Assembly: GCF_009914755.1 (NCBI RefSeq)
Contig: NC_060927.1
DNA length: 64,000 bases
DNA from: the human T2T-CHM13v2.0 reference genome, Homo sapiens
Reading direction: 5' to 3' (one strand)
Shown here one piece after another: positions 16,341-29,991 of the stretch (position 1 is its first letter; each line of letters begins with the position of its first letter). The position numbers and the translations under genes are program-made. The notes under the pieces are model-generated. The model was not told where the DNA came from and did no database searches. It worked only from the letters and a program-made list of their open reading frames with translations.

Positions 16341-16644
16341 GTCCATCTTTCACTGCAGACTTAGAACATTTCTAGTTAAACTTTTTATTCCAAATACATA
16401 GTTAACATTACTGCAAATTAAATTGTCATTGTATAGAGGGATAGCAAGGACAGTAATCAGTCCTGAGATTGCTTTGATATTTGGAGGAAAGGTGACACTA
16501 CTAAATTTGAGATTTACTAAACCTGGTCATTGGTGAGAGGAAAAGCTGTTTCTCTCCCAGGCATTTCACCTTGAGGGACAAATTAAGATTTCCCAAGAAC
16601 ATTGGAATCTGAGCAGAAGAGTAAAGAATGAAGTATTGCCAAAA

Positions 16645-16892
16645 ATAAGTATTTGCATATAACATACACACATCTTCCCATATACTTTAAAGTATCTTTC
16701 AATTACTTATAACACCTAATACAGTGCCTACACATCATTTCATTCATGTGGATTCAACATAGTACTTGCTGTGAAGAATATTCAAGTTTTGCTTATTTGG
16801 AACTTTGTGAATTTTTTCTTCCAAATATTGTTGATCCATGGTTGGTTTAATCCACAGATGTAGGACACAGAGATACAGAGGGCCAACTCTAC
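16645..16892. mobile_element. TcMar-Tigger MITE fragment (Tigger3/MER2-like)
   Basis: GTATTTGCATATAAC...GATACAGAGGGCCAACT terminal motif. Confidence 0.6.
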
Positions 16893-17549
16893 AGTATACT
16901 AGAAATTTTCTTGAAAGCACAATAAACAACAAAACTCTGTCCAATTCTTTTTTTCACTACAGTGTTAATTCTACAAATTATATTCTGTTTTGGGATAAAT
17001 CATTTTAAAACAGAAGGTTGACCAAATATTATTGTGGATTACCTGAATAATGTCATTTTATAATAATTTCAAACCTGATCACATGAGTATATATAGAATT
17101 ATCAGGACCCTTAAGTTATACTTCACAACATGAGCATTATATTGGAAAAATATTGCCTATGAAATTTGTCAACTAAGAAGATTTGTAAACTTTGGTAAAT
17201 TAGTTTCTGTACCTGAACTAAAATTTTTCTCATATTTGGGAATATTTTTCCTTTCTTCTCACATGAAATTCAGTTTTAATCAGGCTTAAGAGTGTCTTTA
17301 ATACCTTTTAAGAAATCCGCAGTGCTTTCTTGGAGCAAGAATAGGTCTAATATTTAGCTTTTTATTGTTTTTGCTATCTTGACTTCTTGGCTTCTGGTAA
17401 CTAAAATCAATAGTTTCTCTAGACTGAAGATGTCCAACATTAGTTAGTGGTATCTTTTTCTATGGATTGTGCATGATAACTTTGAAATTTCATAAATATT
17501 ATTATGAGTTTTTATATATTAAACATGAAAAAATGGCTAAGTAAGCTAA

Positions 17550-17780
17550 TAATAATAGTTAATACTTATAGAGTGCATGCTATGAACCAGGCGCTATTCT
17601 GAGGGCTTTACCTTTAATCTTCACAACTTTATTAGTAGATACTATTATTATTCCCATTTTACAGATGGGGAAGTTGAGGCTTAGAGAAATTTAAAAACTT
17701 GTTAAAGGTCATTTACCAAGTAGCAGAGCCCAGATTTGAATCTAGGTAATCTGGCTCCATAGTCTATCCTCTTAACCTCT
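17550..17780 (-). mobile_element. MIR
   Basis: CCCATTTTACAGATGGGGAAGTTGAGGCTTAGAGA core. Confidence 0.75.
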
Positions 17781-17891
17781 ACATGCTTTTATTGTTAGAA
17801 AAAGGGAAAAAACAAAACTATGTTGAATGTATAGAATTGATTTTTAAACTCTTATTCAGTAAACTTTGAATATCAACCAATCAGTATTTAA

Positions 17892-18317
<426 letters not shown>

Positions 18318-18720
18318 TAGCCCACTGATTCTTTCTTGATTGATGGCATTGTGAATATTGGGTTCAATTTGCAATTTTACACTGTTCACACCACAAGAAT
18401 TTGAACACTTCCATGATCACTGAAGACTTAACTAACATGTCTGTAAAGATAAATGTTCCTGAACTTGATGATAAGGAAGCATCTCTCTTATTTAATATTT
18501 CTTAAATACATGGAATTTTAAAATTATTTATTCTCAGACTCTATGGTTATTCATGATTGTAAAACAGAAAATCAGCTTTAACACATGAATGCTTTTTTGG
18601 TGTAAGAATATGAAGTTTTCTTAGGTATTTTGAAACAATCTATTTTATACTGTTGTGCATTTTTAAAGTTAACTATTCTATTTCATTTATAACATTAGTT
18701 TTCCTTTTAAGAACCTATGA

Positions 18721-19037
<317 letters not shown>

Positions 19038-20849
19038 TAGAACCTATGAACTTTTGCAGATATATCTTGCTTTATCTCTATTTTGGAAACATTGTTTAAA
19101 TTTAGATTTAAAGGAGTCCCTGGTGACTCATTCCATAAATCATTTCTTTGTAGAGATAGCCAGATCTCTTTAGAAATGATAGTTTTTTAAAAAGTATAAG
19201 ACATTTTATTCCTGAAAATTATTTTTATAAGTATTACACTGTATAATAAATGTCTTAAATCATCTTCTACAATTTTTACTCGTCTTGCCTTCTGTGTGTC
19301 GGGGTGCGTGTGGAGAGTTGAGGTAGAATCACATTATCTGTTTATGGTATTTTAAAGATATTTTCTTTATTTCCCTCTGTATCTTCTACCTTGTTTTTAA
19401 CCTCAGCACTTCCCATCTGTCCGTCTACTATTTGCTATAGAGTAAAAGGGTAATAAAATTTAGTCTTATCTATGGCACAAAGTACTGAGTGTATTTATCT
19501 TTTGATTACTACATTCCTGATTGTTTCAATTATTTAGTACTTTCATAAGTTATTTCACAATGTTCAATTTTAGCTCTTTAGCTATACAAATACTTTTTAT
19601 ATTTTAGAATGTTTATTTGAAAATCAGTTAATTTCAGGTAACTAGATTGTAATTAGAGTTTTGCTTTTAACAGTATTTAATCTATGATGCATTAATGTTT
19701 AAAATTAGGTAGATAAAATAATACACATCTAAACTCTAGGTTAAAGAGAATTAAATAATTCCTTCTTGTTAATATTTTTATTTCCTGTAGTTTTGCTCTT
19801 ATCTAAAATTTAATCTTTTAATTTAGGAAATAATTTAAACTTTACCATATATGGTTTTATATTGGACTGTGGGACTCTTTCAATGTGAAATATGTTTGTA
19901 TTGCTAGTTGAGTAGTTAAAAAATTCCTGGAAGAATTTTACACATTAGTTTGAAGAGAATCGCTAAGGAGCACTTTCCCTATATTCATTTAAACTATTTC
20001 TGATTGTTATATATTCCTTAGTCTTAAACAGATGAAATTTTATAACATTTATCTATAACCTATTGTTTAGTAGTAAGAAAGAATATTTTCTGTGTTTTGT
20101 TAGATTTAGTTTACCCCAGTCTGTATAAGAATCAAATTAAAGTTTATATGTCTTAGCAATGAGTAAAAACTCACCGAACTAAAATAGTCATACCACTCTT
20201 TGAATAGCATAAATATTACTGCTGTCCCCGATTTTCATAATAATGGTAAAACTATAGCTCTTCCCTTTTATATGATGCTGTTTTCAATGATATTACACGT
20301 ATATATACATGGGTACCCCCTTACACACATAATATGATTAATTTTCTAACCATATTCTACCTCACTAGAAGAATGCATGTGCATTAAGCCAGTAAAATTC
20401 CTGGAAGTATCTTCCTTTCCTCAGCACAGCTTCTGCTTTGAAACAGTTTGATCTGAATAAGCCTTGCCAAGGAAGTCTTCTTAAGCCTTTTATGTAATTA
20501 GGTCACTCTGGGCTTTTTTTCAGTATATAGATCCAAACCGGCTCTAAGTGAGCATGGAGGAATATTTTGCTTGCTTGCCTAAATAAAGTCATTGCTTGGT
20601 TCAACTTACTATTTCAAGCAATGAACACAGTGACTTTTTAACTCATCATGACCAATTTTTGTATATTTGTTTTGTTTGCTTTCATTAGCTTTTCAGAAAA
20701 AAGTAAGGTTAGGTTATAAAAAGCAAGGTAGGTAAAAAGAGAATAATTTGTTGAGGAATGCACAGAATATTAATGGTATCCTTTTACTTAATTTTTGCTA
20801 TTAAACATAATAGAATGGCTATTATAGAAATGTATTTTTTAAATGTCAT

Positions 20850-21950
20850 GTACCTACTTTGTCTAAGCACAGGCAAAAGCAGATATGGCCCATACACTCG
20901 TGAAGCTTATGATCTAATAAAAGCCAAATAAAACCATCAAAAACTTGACTTGAGAATCATATGGAAAAATGAAAACTCAAAAATGGATTAAGTGCTATTG
21001 GTTAAAGATCATAGTGTTAGGAGAGTAAGCATATTATAGGGGCATTTGCCCTAGTCAGGGAGGTTGGGAAAGACACGTTGAGGAAGTAATAAGTGAGCTA
21101 AGATCTAAAAGATAAATAGATGTCAACTGAGAGAACTGGGAGAGGAAGCTACTCTAGGCTGAGATAAAAGCACATTCAGAAGCTCAGTGGCAAGAGAGAG
21201 AATGGTACAAAGAAGGGTCTGAGTAAAGGCTAACATTTCTGGAGCAGGGAGAACCAGGAGAGCTTGATTCAAGATGAAGCTACAGAAACATATTGTACCA
21301 GACCATGCATGGCCTTGTAGGTCAGGTTAAGTAATTTTGACTTTATATTAAGAACAAGGGGAAACCATTGCCTACCTGAAGTAGGCAAGTGACATGATCA
21401 GTTTTGCCTTTCGAAAAGATCATTCTATCTACAGGGTGGAGGATGAGCTGGGAGGATAGTGCTGTGGCAGGAGTAGATGGAGGGAGACCAATATCGATGC
21501 TGTTGCACTAATCCAGATGAGAGCTGATGGCACCTTGGACTTAGGGTGATTGTGATAGAGAAAGAGAGAAGGGAACAGACTTCAGAGATATTTATAATGT
21601 AAGGCCAGTAGGACATCGAAATACATAGTATATGAGAGGTGAAGGAAAGGGAGATTATTAAGCAATATTGGTCTTTTGGAAGAGTACTAGGCTTGGGGAT
21701 TTGTGTGTTGAGGGGTAGATCCTGAGTACAGTTTCGGATATGTTGAGTTTGAAAAGCCTTTGAGATATTTTTTAAATATCCCTTTTAGGGATGTCAAGCA
21801 GACAGTTGGTCTGGAGCTTGAGTTAGAAAGGTATGCATATCTGAAAATAGGTGGTATATGAAACTATAGGCATAGGTGAGACACAAGGAGAAAGATAAAT
21901 TGAGAAAAAGAGAGGACCTAAGATCAAGCCCTTGAGAAATCCCAAGATGG
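20850..21950. mobile_element. L2 fragment
   Basis: Purine-rich L2-type motifs (TAATCCAGATGAGAGCTGATGG; GGATATGTTGAGTTTGA). Confidence 0.6.
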
Positions 21951-23049
21951 CTGGGATTGCTGCCTTCTAATGTTATTATTAACATTAATTCTAAAAAAAA
22001 TAGACCCTAAAATATAGAATGTTGGTTATGTAGTGTTTGTATTGCTTGGATTAGTTTCAACTTACTATGTTCTTTGTGATCCAGCTTGGAAACATGCAAT
22101 ACATCAAGTGTATTAGCTTCATTTTTGTGGGGGTATTGCAGAGGAGCTGGGAAACTAACCAATTGGTCTTCACTGTACTTTCATGTCTGTCTTTTTTGAT
22201 CAACAGTTTTCTCCAATTCATGTTGTAAGTTTTTGTTAAGAGTTTCTTTTAGGTAAAATATTGCATTTCACAGAAATAAACACATTTCTGTAAACATCTT
22301 TCTTAGTTTGATGTTTTAAATATTAACAGGAGTGTATCTAAAGTTTAAATATAAGGGTTTTTGTTTGAAGATGTTTCATAAATAAGGATTCGCACACATC
22401 AGGATCTAGAATTAGACAATAATTTTGAGTCTTCAAGAAAGTATGGTCATGGAGGATTTGTTTAATATGTTTCTGCTCCACAGCTCTGAGTGGTAGGTGA
22501 AGGTTGAACATGAGAAATATCAGAAAGCTTTCATCCCTACTCCTTCCCCAAATAAAACAGTATTTGAGTTAATAAAATGTTACCTGCTAGACTATTTCAT
22601 TTTACATTTTTAGACAGTTTTCATCTATTCATTTTGAGTAAAAACATACTAAGGTGGAATTGTTAAAAATGTTTTTCCTGTCAAATCTGCAAATGTTTTA
22701 AACACTTTTTTTCTGTATAAAATATGGGTACTGCATAATTAAGATGTTTTGAACAGAGATCTTCAAGAATGTTTCTTGTGTTTCCCAGGGGAATTATTTT
22801 GCCTACTGATAAGCCAGAGAATGATTCTGATTGGCCTAATTTGATCTCCACCCATGTGTGATGCTACAGCACTCTATTCTTTTGTTACTCTGTAGTCTCC
22901 CCGAAAATGACTTAATGAAGGAATGTACCATAAAATGATCCTGAATTATGTTACTGAAGTCTGGTACCCATAAAAATATATAGTTATAGAGGAGCTTCTG
23001 GCCAAAAAACGGAAAGTTTTTCTGTTTGTTTGCTTTGGTTTTTATTTTT

Positions 23050-23862
23050 GTATATTTATTCATTTGGCAATATTTTTTAGCACCTTGTTTGTATCAGGTA
23101 CTTTTCAGGACATTTGGAAACATCGGTAAATAAAACAAAGATTCTTACCCTTGAAGAGCTTACCCAAAGTGGGGGAAAGATAATCAATTAATAATAGACC
23201 TAATAAGTAAATTATATTCAGTGTTAGAAAAGAGATAAGTAATACAAAAGAAAGGTAAAAGCAGAGTTAGGAGAATTGGGAGTGGGGGACAATTTTAAAG
23301 TTGCAAAGAGTTTGCAATTTTAAATAGGGTAGTCAGGAAGGGTGATGAGCAAAGACATGAAAAAGTGAGGTAGTTAGTCAAATGGATCTCTGGGTGAGGA
23401 GGGTCCAGCCAGAAGGAAGAGCCAGTATAAAGGCCCTAAAGGCAGGAGTCATGTGTTCAAAGAACAGCAAGGAAGCAAGGAGGCCAGCGCGACTAGAATA
23501 GTACAAGGAAAGATTAGTAGGAGATGAGGTCAGAGAGGATAGGTAATTTGGAGACTTGCAGGCCATTGTAAAGACTGGTTTTGATTCTGAGTAAAATGGG
23601 ATTTAAGGGAGGGTGCAGTGCCCACTATGCACAATGAGCAGCAGTGGTTTTGCATTTTTTTGACATTTGCACTCACAGAACAAAACAGGCTGAAACCTGG
23701 TACTAGGTTTACTTAAATTTGTAGAAGTAAAAGATTTGAACTTAAATATATAAACTTGAGAGCCTTTGCCATGTAGATGATATTTAAAGCCATTAGATTG
23801 GGTGAGATCATTAAAGTAGTAAGTATAGGTAGAGAAAAGAAAAGGATCAGGGACTGAGCCCC
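23050..23862. mobile_element. L2 fragments
   Basis: TATTTATTCATT start; GGCCATTGTAAAGAC; GATATTTAAAGCCAT; GGACTGAGCCC. Confidence 0.6.
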
Positions 23863-23996
23863 TTGTGCGGGGGTGTGTACGTGTGTGCGTGCACATCCAT
23901 GTGTGTATCCGTGTGTGTCTCCGTGTATGTTTGTATCCCTGTGTATGCATCCATGTGCATGCATCCGTGTGTGTGTGTTTGTGCCCATGTGTGTTT
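23863..23996 (+). repeat. Degenerate (TG)-rich compound microsatellite
   Basis: GTGTGT runs interrupted by recurrent (A)TCC/CC units. Confidence 0.85.
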
Positions 23997-24151
23997 GGCA
24001 TTAATTTATTTGGTTTCTTACGTTTGTTCCACATCCAAAGATGAAACTTAAGGTTATTTTCTTCAAGTCGTATGAAAGTTAAGGTTATTTTCTTTCAGAT
24101 TTTAAGAACTTTTCACTAAAATGTTTTTGGTTTTGTTTTTTTTTCTTTTGA

Positions 24152-24418
<267 letters not shown>

Positions 24419-25477
24419 TGAAGGCACAAATTAAGTTTATTTTGGAAATAGCTAAGATATTTAGCTATGTAACTCAGAGTTACATTGAGCCAGATCAGTG
24501 TCTGGTGTGTTTTCATTTTAAGCCTATCTGTGTGCACATAGTTTCCTATTTTTCCAGTAGTTTACAGGTGTTACTTACCTTTACATGATGGTTATTTATT
24601 ATATAACAGGGACCATAGTTCACATTTGGTATACTTTATCTCTTTTTATCTACACTGGGATTCTTTGAGACTGAAGTCCTTATTTCCTTATTCCCATTTT
24701 GCAAGTAAGAAAAATGAAGCCTAAAAATATTAAACAACTTGTCCGAAACCACACAATAGGAAACCAAGACTGGATTTAAATCCTGCCCTGTCTAGGCATT
24801 TTCTTTCTACTAGATGCCAATTCCTTATATCTGACCTAGGTTCTTTTAGCTTATTAACCTGTATATACTTAAAATGAGAACAAAGTAACTTAAAATGATT
24901 AGTGTTAGATATCTTTATATCTGCCAGAAAAAGAGTTTCCATTCCATTCCATTTCATAATGAATGAAATTGGTTATGTAATATTTTACACATTTCAAATC
25001 ATGATTAACAGCTTTAAAAGTGATGTAAATGTTATTATTTTTCTAATAACTATATATTTTTATTTAGAATTTGACAAAAATCTACCCTTATAGATAACTT
25101 ACAATTTTACTTTCATCAGAATTTAAGCTCCCCCAAGCCCAGAAAGGGTAACAAATTGTGTGTTAACTATCTTTGTTTAAACCCTGAGTTTAGAATTCTT
25201 CTGGGGTGTCACATTCAAGGAACTAAAATATATAATATTCTCTGTTTTTTATTAGTTCTTAGATTATTGAAAAGGCAAGCTCATTATTTTACATAATTTT
25301 ACTTTATTAAAAAATTCTGTTTAATTGATCAGTAGTATGGAATATGTTAGGTACGTTCAGTGTCTAGAGTGTGAAATTACTAAGAAAATGAAAATTGGTC
25401 ATATATAGATAAATGGTTTGATAAAGGGATTGAGAGACATTGCTTTTTCAGATTGATCTCTTTCGTTCTATAAGTGG

Positions 25478-25607
25478 AGTACCCATATAATTTTTTATCC
25501 AAATCAGGACATTTTGAGAGTGAAAGGGGGCACTATTAATAATTATGCCAGGACAACTGGTACAGCATCTTAAACTATCCCAGGCAATGGGGACAATTGA
25601 CCACTGT
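25478..25607 (+). mobile_element. hAT-Blackjack MITE (MER94-like)
   Basis: CCATATAATT...GGACATTTTGAGAGTGAAAGGGGGCACTATTAATAATTATGCCAGGACAAC. Confidence 0.7.
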
Positions 25608-26062
25608 GTCTAGGTACAATAATGCCCTCTTTTTTATTTTGTATTTAAAAGGGGGGAAAAAAACTCTGAATTCCAAGTCAAAGCAGTAGGTTAATGTAAT
25701 ATGATAGGGAATTAATTGACAGCACATGTACTTAACGTTTGTGTTGTGGAATTTAAGAAAACTAGCCAACATTTCATTAATAAAAAGCTTAATGATCATT
25801 TAAAAAATTATTTAATTTTCTAAAATTTAAGAGTTTCTGGAAAAACCTCTTCATATAGAGTGATAATGCCTCACATACATAATAATATTTTATTTCATTA
25901 AAATATTATTTCTATTTTTAAAAAACCCTATAAAACATAAGTGGAGATCCCCTATAAGAAGACAAAATTAAAATGGCTTTCTTTCAACAGTCAGAATATT
26001 TGCTTTTATTTTCCTAAATTGAGAGAGCTTATTTACCTTTGGCTTTTTCTTCCTAACCTTAG

Positions 26063-26215
<153 letters not shown>

Positions 26216-27619
26216 TAAAATTTCTTAAAGAACATTTTTTAGATGTCATTATTGTTACATCTTTCTCCTTGTCCAGTGGAATACTGTTCTCTCATGATAT
26301 TAAAGCTAAACTTTGCTCTTGAGAATAAGTAGCAATTAGAAGGACACAGCATGTTTATCTACTTTGCTTCTGGCTCAGTGATAATCCTTTGCTTTCAGGT
26401 ATTCCAAGTTAATTATGCTGTGGTCCATTAGCCTCCTCCCCCCACTTCATAGACATAGATATGTTTAAAATATAATTACACTTCAGACAGTAGAGTAACA
26501 TAAAAATCTGCTTTTTATCAAAATGAATCTCACATTTAAAGTTTTAAATATTTTAGGTTATAAGTATAAAGGAGGACCTGTGCAAACAAAAATAATCATA
26601 TTTGATGATTTTTGAATAAGCTGGATTTAAAAGAATACTTACACTTTCGTTTAATAAATATTAAATGTAATAAGTTGGAAAGTAGCATACTTAGAGCTAA
26701 AAAATTTACAGAGGCTATGTAGTTCAGCTTTATATTTTATAATACTTTATAGTTAAAGAAATTGAGCTTTTGAGATGGGATTTGATTTGTCCAAAGTAGT
26801 ATGATTATTATGTATGAGAGTTCAAGACTAAATTCTCAGTCTCTTTGCACCAAAGAAAAGACTCATAATTGGTTGCATTTACCCCACAGAATTTAGTAAC
26901 TGGTTTTCAGAAGGTGGGGTCAACTCTGCTAGCTCTATGTAATACTATAGCTTATTATTTCTGAAAATCTGAACAATATTCATTTTTCCTTAAGTCAAAA
27001 TTTACTAACAATTTAGATTGTCTCATATTTTTAAAGGTGATATTTTAAATAAAAGGCATAATTACCTTCTCCAAACAGGGATATGAAAATAAAATATATA
27101 GGAAAAACCTGATTTGATTAGGCTTGTGCTGTCATCCAGCAACAGTGTTTCCTGAAGTGTGGCTCTCTTAACCAAGTCCTGTGAGATGCTCTGAATTAAG
27201 TAAGTTTGGGACACACTGTATACTGTATACCTCTTGGGAATTGACAGTGCATGTTATCACATTAAAGCCTCTGAGAAAAAAATTTGTTTAACCTTGTTCA
27301 AATCATCATTACCTAAAGTCATTTAACCTCATACCTGTTTTTCATGAAATATGTGCAAGTCTCTGTATTTTTCCAAAACACAGTAAGCCATAGAAACACT
27401 GGCTTAAACTATCTGTCCTTTTGATTTATTTTTGCCACTAATATCATCTACGAATGCTTTAATCAAGAGTCTACAGTGTTTTTACATGCACATTGATTTT
27501 TTTTTAACTGAAAATGGACGACAGAACTAGGTTTCTATACTGGAAATTTCTTTATGGACTCCTATAAAGGGTTAAAAAGGAGAAAGTATAATATTTTTTA
27601 GGAATGAAGAGTCAATTTC

Positions 27620-29050
27620 TGACTTCTGTTTCCAGCCAACATGGAGTAATAAGGATTGGATTTACCCTTCTATCTAAAGCAATCAAAAAGGAAAAAAGAA
27701 CAAAATATATGAAACAACAGCTTATAAGAAACTAGATATCAGGCAGTAAACAACAGTGATCTCTAAGAAACAAGAAACAAAGATCACTCCAGCTTACTGC
27801 TTTGTGAGAATTTTTAGGCTATTGTGCAGAGTGGGTCAGTGCAGTCAGAGCCTGGCAGAATTCTGGATTTAGCAGCACAGAAAGAAAATTCTGGAGATCT
27901 GCAGTTGTCTCCCTTGAGTATTCAGCAGAGTACTGATTAGCATATGCATGTGAGGACACTACCTCGGGCAGGGAAAGAACCATCTCATCCGACGGGATTA
28001 GAAGAATACTCAGAAGGGTCTTGCCTCAATAGTTATCTCAAGCCTACACACTGCTCTAGTTTCAACGAACAAATATTAAAAGCAAGATGTGAAAGGATTA
28101 AATTTTTTCCAAGTAACTTAAATGTGTTCATTAAAACCTATCCAAAAGCAACACAGATGTTAGAGTTATCAGATAAGGACTCTTCAGCAGTTATTATTAT
28201 TGTGTTCCATATGTACAAAAAGTTTAAAGTTTAGTAGAGACATGGAAGATGTAAAAAAAAGAAAAAAACACCAAATTAAACTTTCAGAGATGAAATTTTC
28301 ACTGTGACCTGAAACATGCACTGGATGTGATTAATGACAGGTTAGACCTTGTAGAAAAACACATTAGTAAACTCGAATAGGTAACAATAGAAACTATTCA
28401 AAATAAAATGGAGAAGAAAGAATTTTTAAAAATGAAAAGAGTATCTGTGAACTTTGGGACAACTTCAGGTGGCCTAATATTAATACTAATGTAATTGGAA
28501 TCCCTGAAAAAAGGAGAGACCAAAAAAATTTTTTAAGAAATAATAGCAGACATTTTCCAAATTTGAAGAAAACTATAAACCCACATCCAAGAAGTTCAAT
28601 AAACCTGCAAACACAAGAAACATGAGGAAAATCACACCAAGGGACATCATATTCAGTGTATCACTGCTGAAAATCAGTGATAAAAAAAATCTTCAAAGCA
28701 AACAGAGAATAGCAGGTCATCATATACAGAAAAAGAAAGGTAAGGATGACAGTAGATTTCTTGTCAGAAACAGTGCAAGCAAGGAGGCAGTGGAGTGACA
28801 TTTGTAAAGCACTGAAAGAAAAAAAAAACAACTGTCAACCTGGAGTTCTCTACCTAGCAAAATATCATTCAAAAATGAAGGTAAAATGTAGACTTCCAGA
28901 CACACAAAAGCTAAAAGAATACATCACTGGACACCAGCACTACAAGGAACGTTAATAGAAGTCCTTCAGGTGGAAGGACTACAGTAACATAGGGGAATAT
29001 GGATCTAAACAGAAGAATGAACAAAATACAAATATACCCAAAGGGAATGT
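27620..29050 (+). mobile_element. Old L1 5' region and ORF1 remnant
   Basis: TVDFLSETVQARRQWSDICKALKEKKNNCQPGVLY (ORF1p C-terminal domain); A-rich + strand. Confidence 0.8.
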
Positions 29051-29219
29051 AACTACAAAGCTAAATAGACAGGCATTTTTTTGTTGTTTCTTTTGCTTTT
29101 ATGAAGGATGCCAGCTAATCCACTTCAGCAGATACAAGAAACATGATTGGGCATAAATCAGTAATGCTTTATATTTTAAAGAAAAAACGACATGAAGATA
29201 GAATCTGTACATAATTGTG

Positions 29220-29482
29220 GTAATAATAGTAATAACAGCAGACATTTATTGGGCCCTTACTATGTGCCAGATACTGTTCTAAAGTCTTTATTCACATTTA
29301 TTACCTCATTTAATCCTCACAACCATTCTAAGAGGCAGACTCTTTTATTTCCATTTTACAGAGGAAGAATCTGAGGCATAGAGACATTAAGTAACTTGCG
29401 CAAGGTCACATGGTTGGTAAGTAGCAGAACTGGGATTCCGCCTAGGTGGTTTGGCTCCAGAGCCAGTGATCTTAATCACTAT
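29220..29482 (-). mobile_element. MIR
   Basis: TACTATGTGCCAG...TTTAATCCTCACAAC...CCATTTTACAGAGGAAGAATCTGAGGC. Confidence 0.8.
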
Positions 29483-29880
29483 ACTAAATCGCCCCCCAGG
29501 TTGTATAATACTACAGAATAATATGATTCCCTCATTAACTCTTACTGTATAACTTCTGTGGGCAGGCTTTAATAATTTACAGTTTTTTAAAAAGTTATTC
29601 AAGTCACATGTTTCAAATGAATTAAACAGCCTTTTACACTGACAGTTGGATAATTTAGACAGAAAGAACAACCCATGGCCACACAGCACTCTACCCTTTT
29701 TTCCTTATTTCCTTATTTCCTTTTTTCCTTACCTGGTCCCAGGGTAGGGCCCTCTCTCAGGTCCCACATGCTTCCTGTCTTTATTCTTGTAGCTTAGTAC
29801 AAAAGATGTGATTATTATCAGTTCCTCCTGCTCCAAGACTCTGCTGCGTGGGTCCCTGATTCTTACCCATCTGTAGCACA

Positions 29881-29991
29881 TACTATTGGAAAAATGGCTC
29901 CCATAGACTTACTCAAAAAAGGTTGCCACAAACAACACAGTATCTGTGGAGCACCACAAAGTTAAGTGTAATAAAACGAGGTATGCTTGTA
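29881..29991. mobile_element. Tigger2-like terminal fragment
   Basis: GGTTGCCACAAAC...AATAAAACGAGGTATGCTTGTA terminus. Confidence 0.6.

Noticed and set aside
23603-24051. His/Thr-rich and Val/Cys-rich ORFs
   Set aside because: Translations of the TG microsatellite
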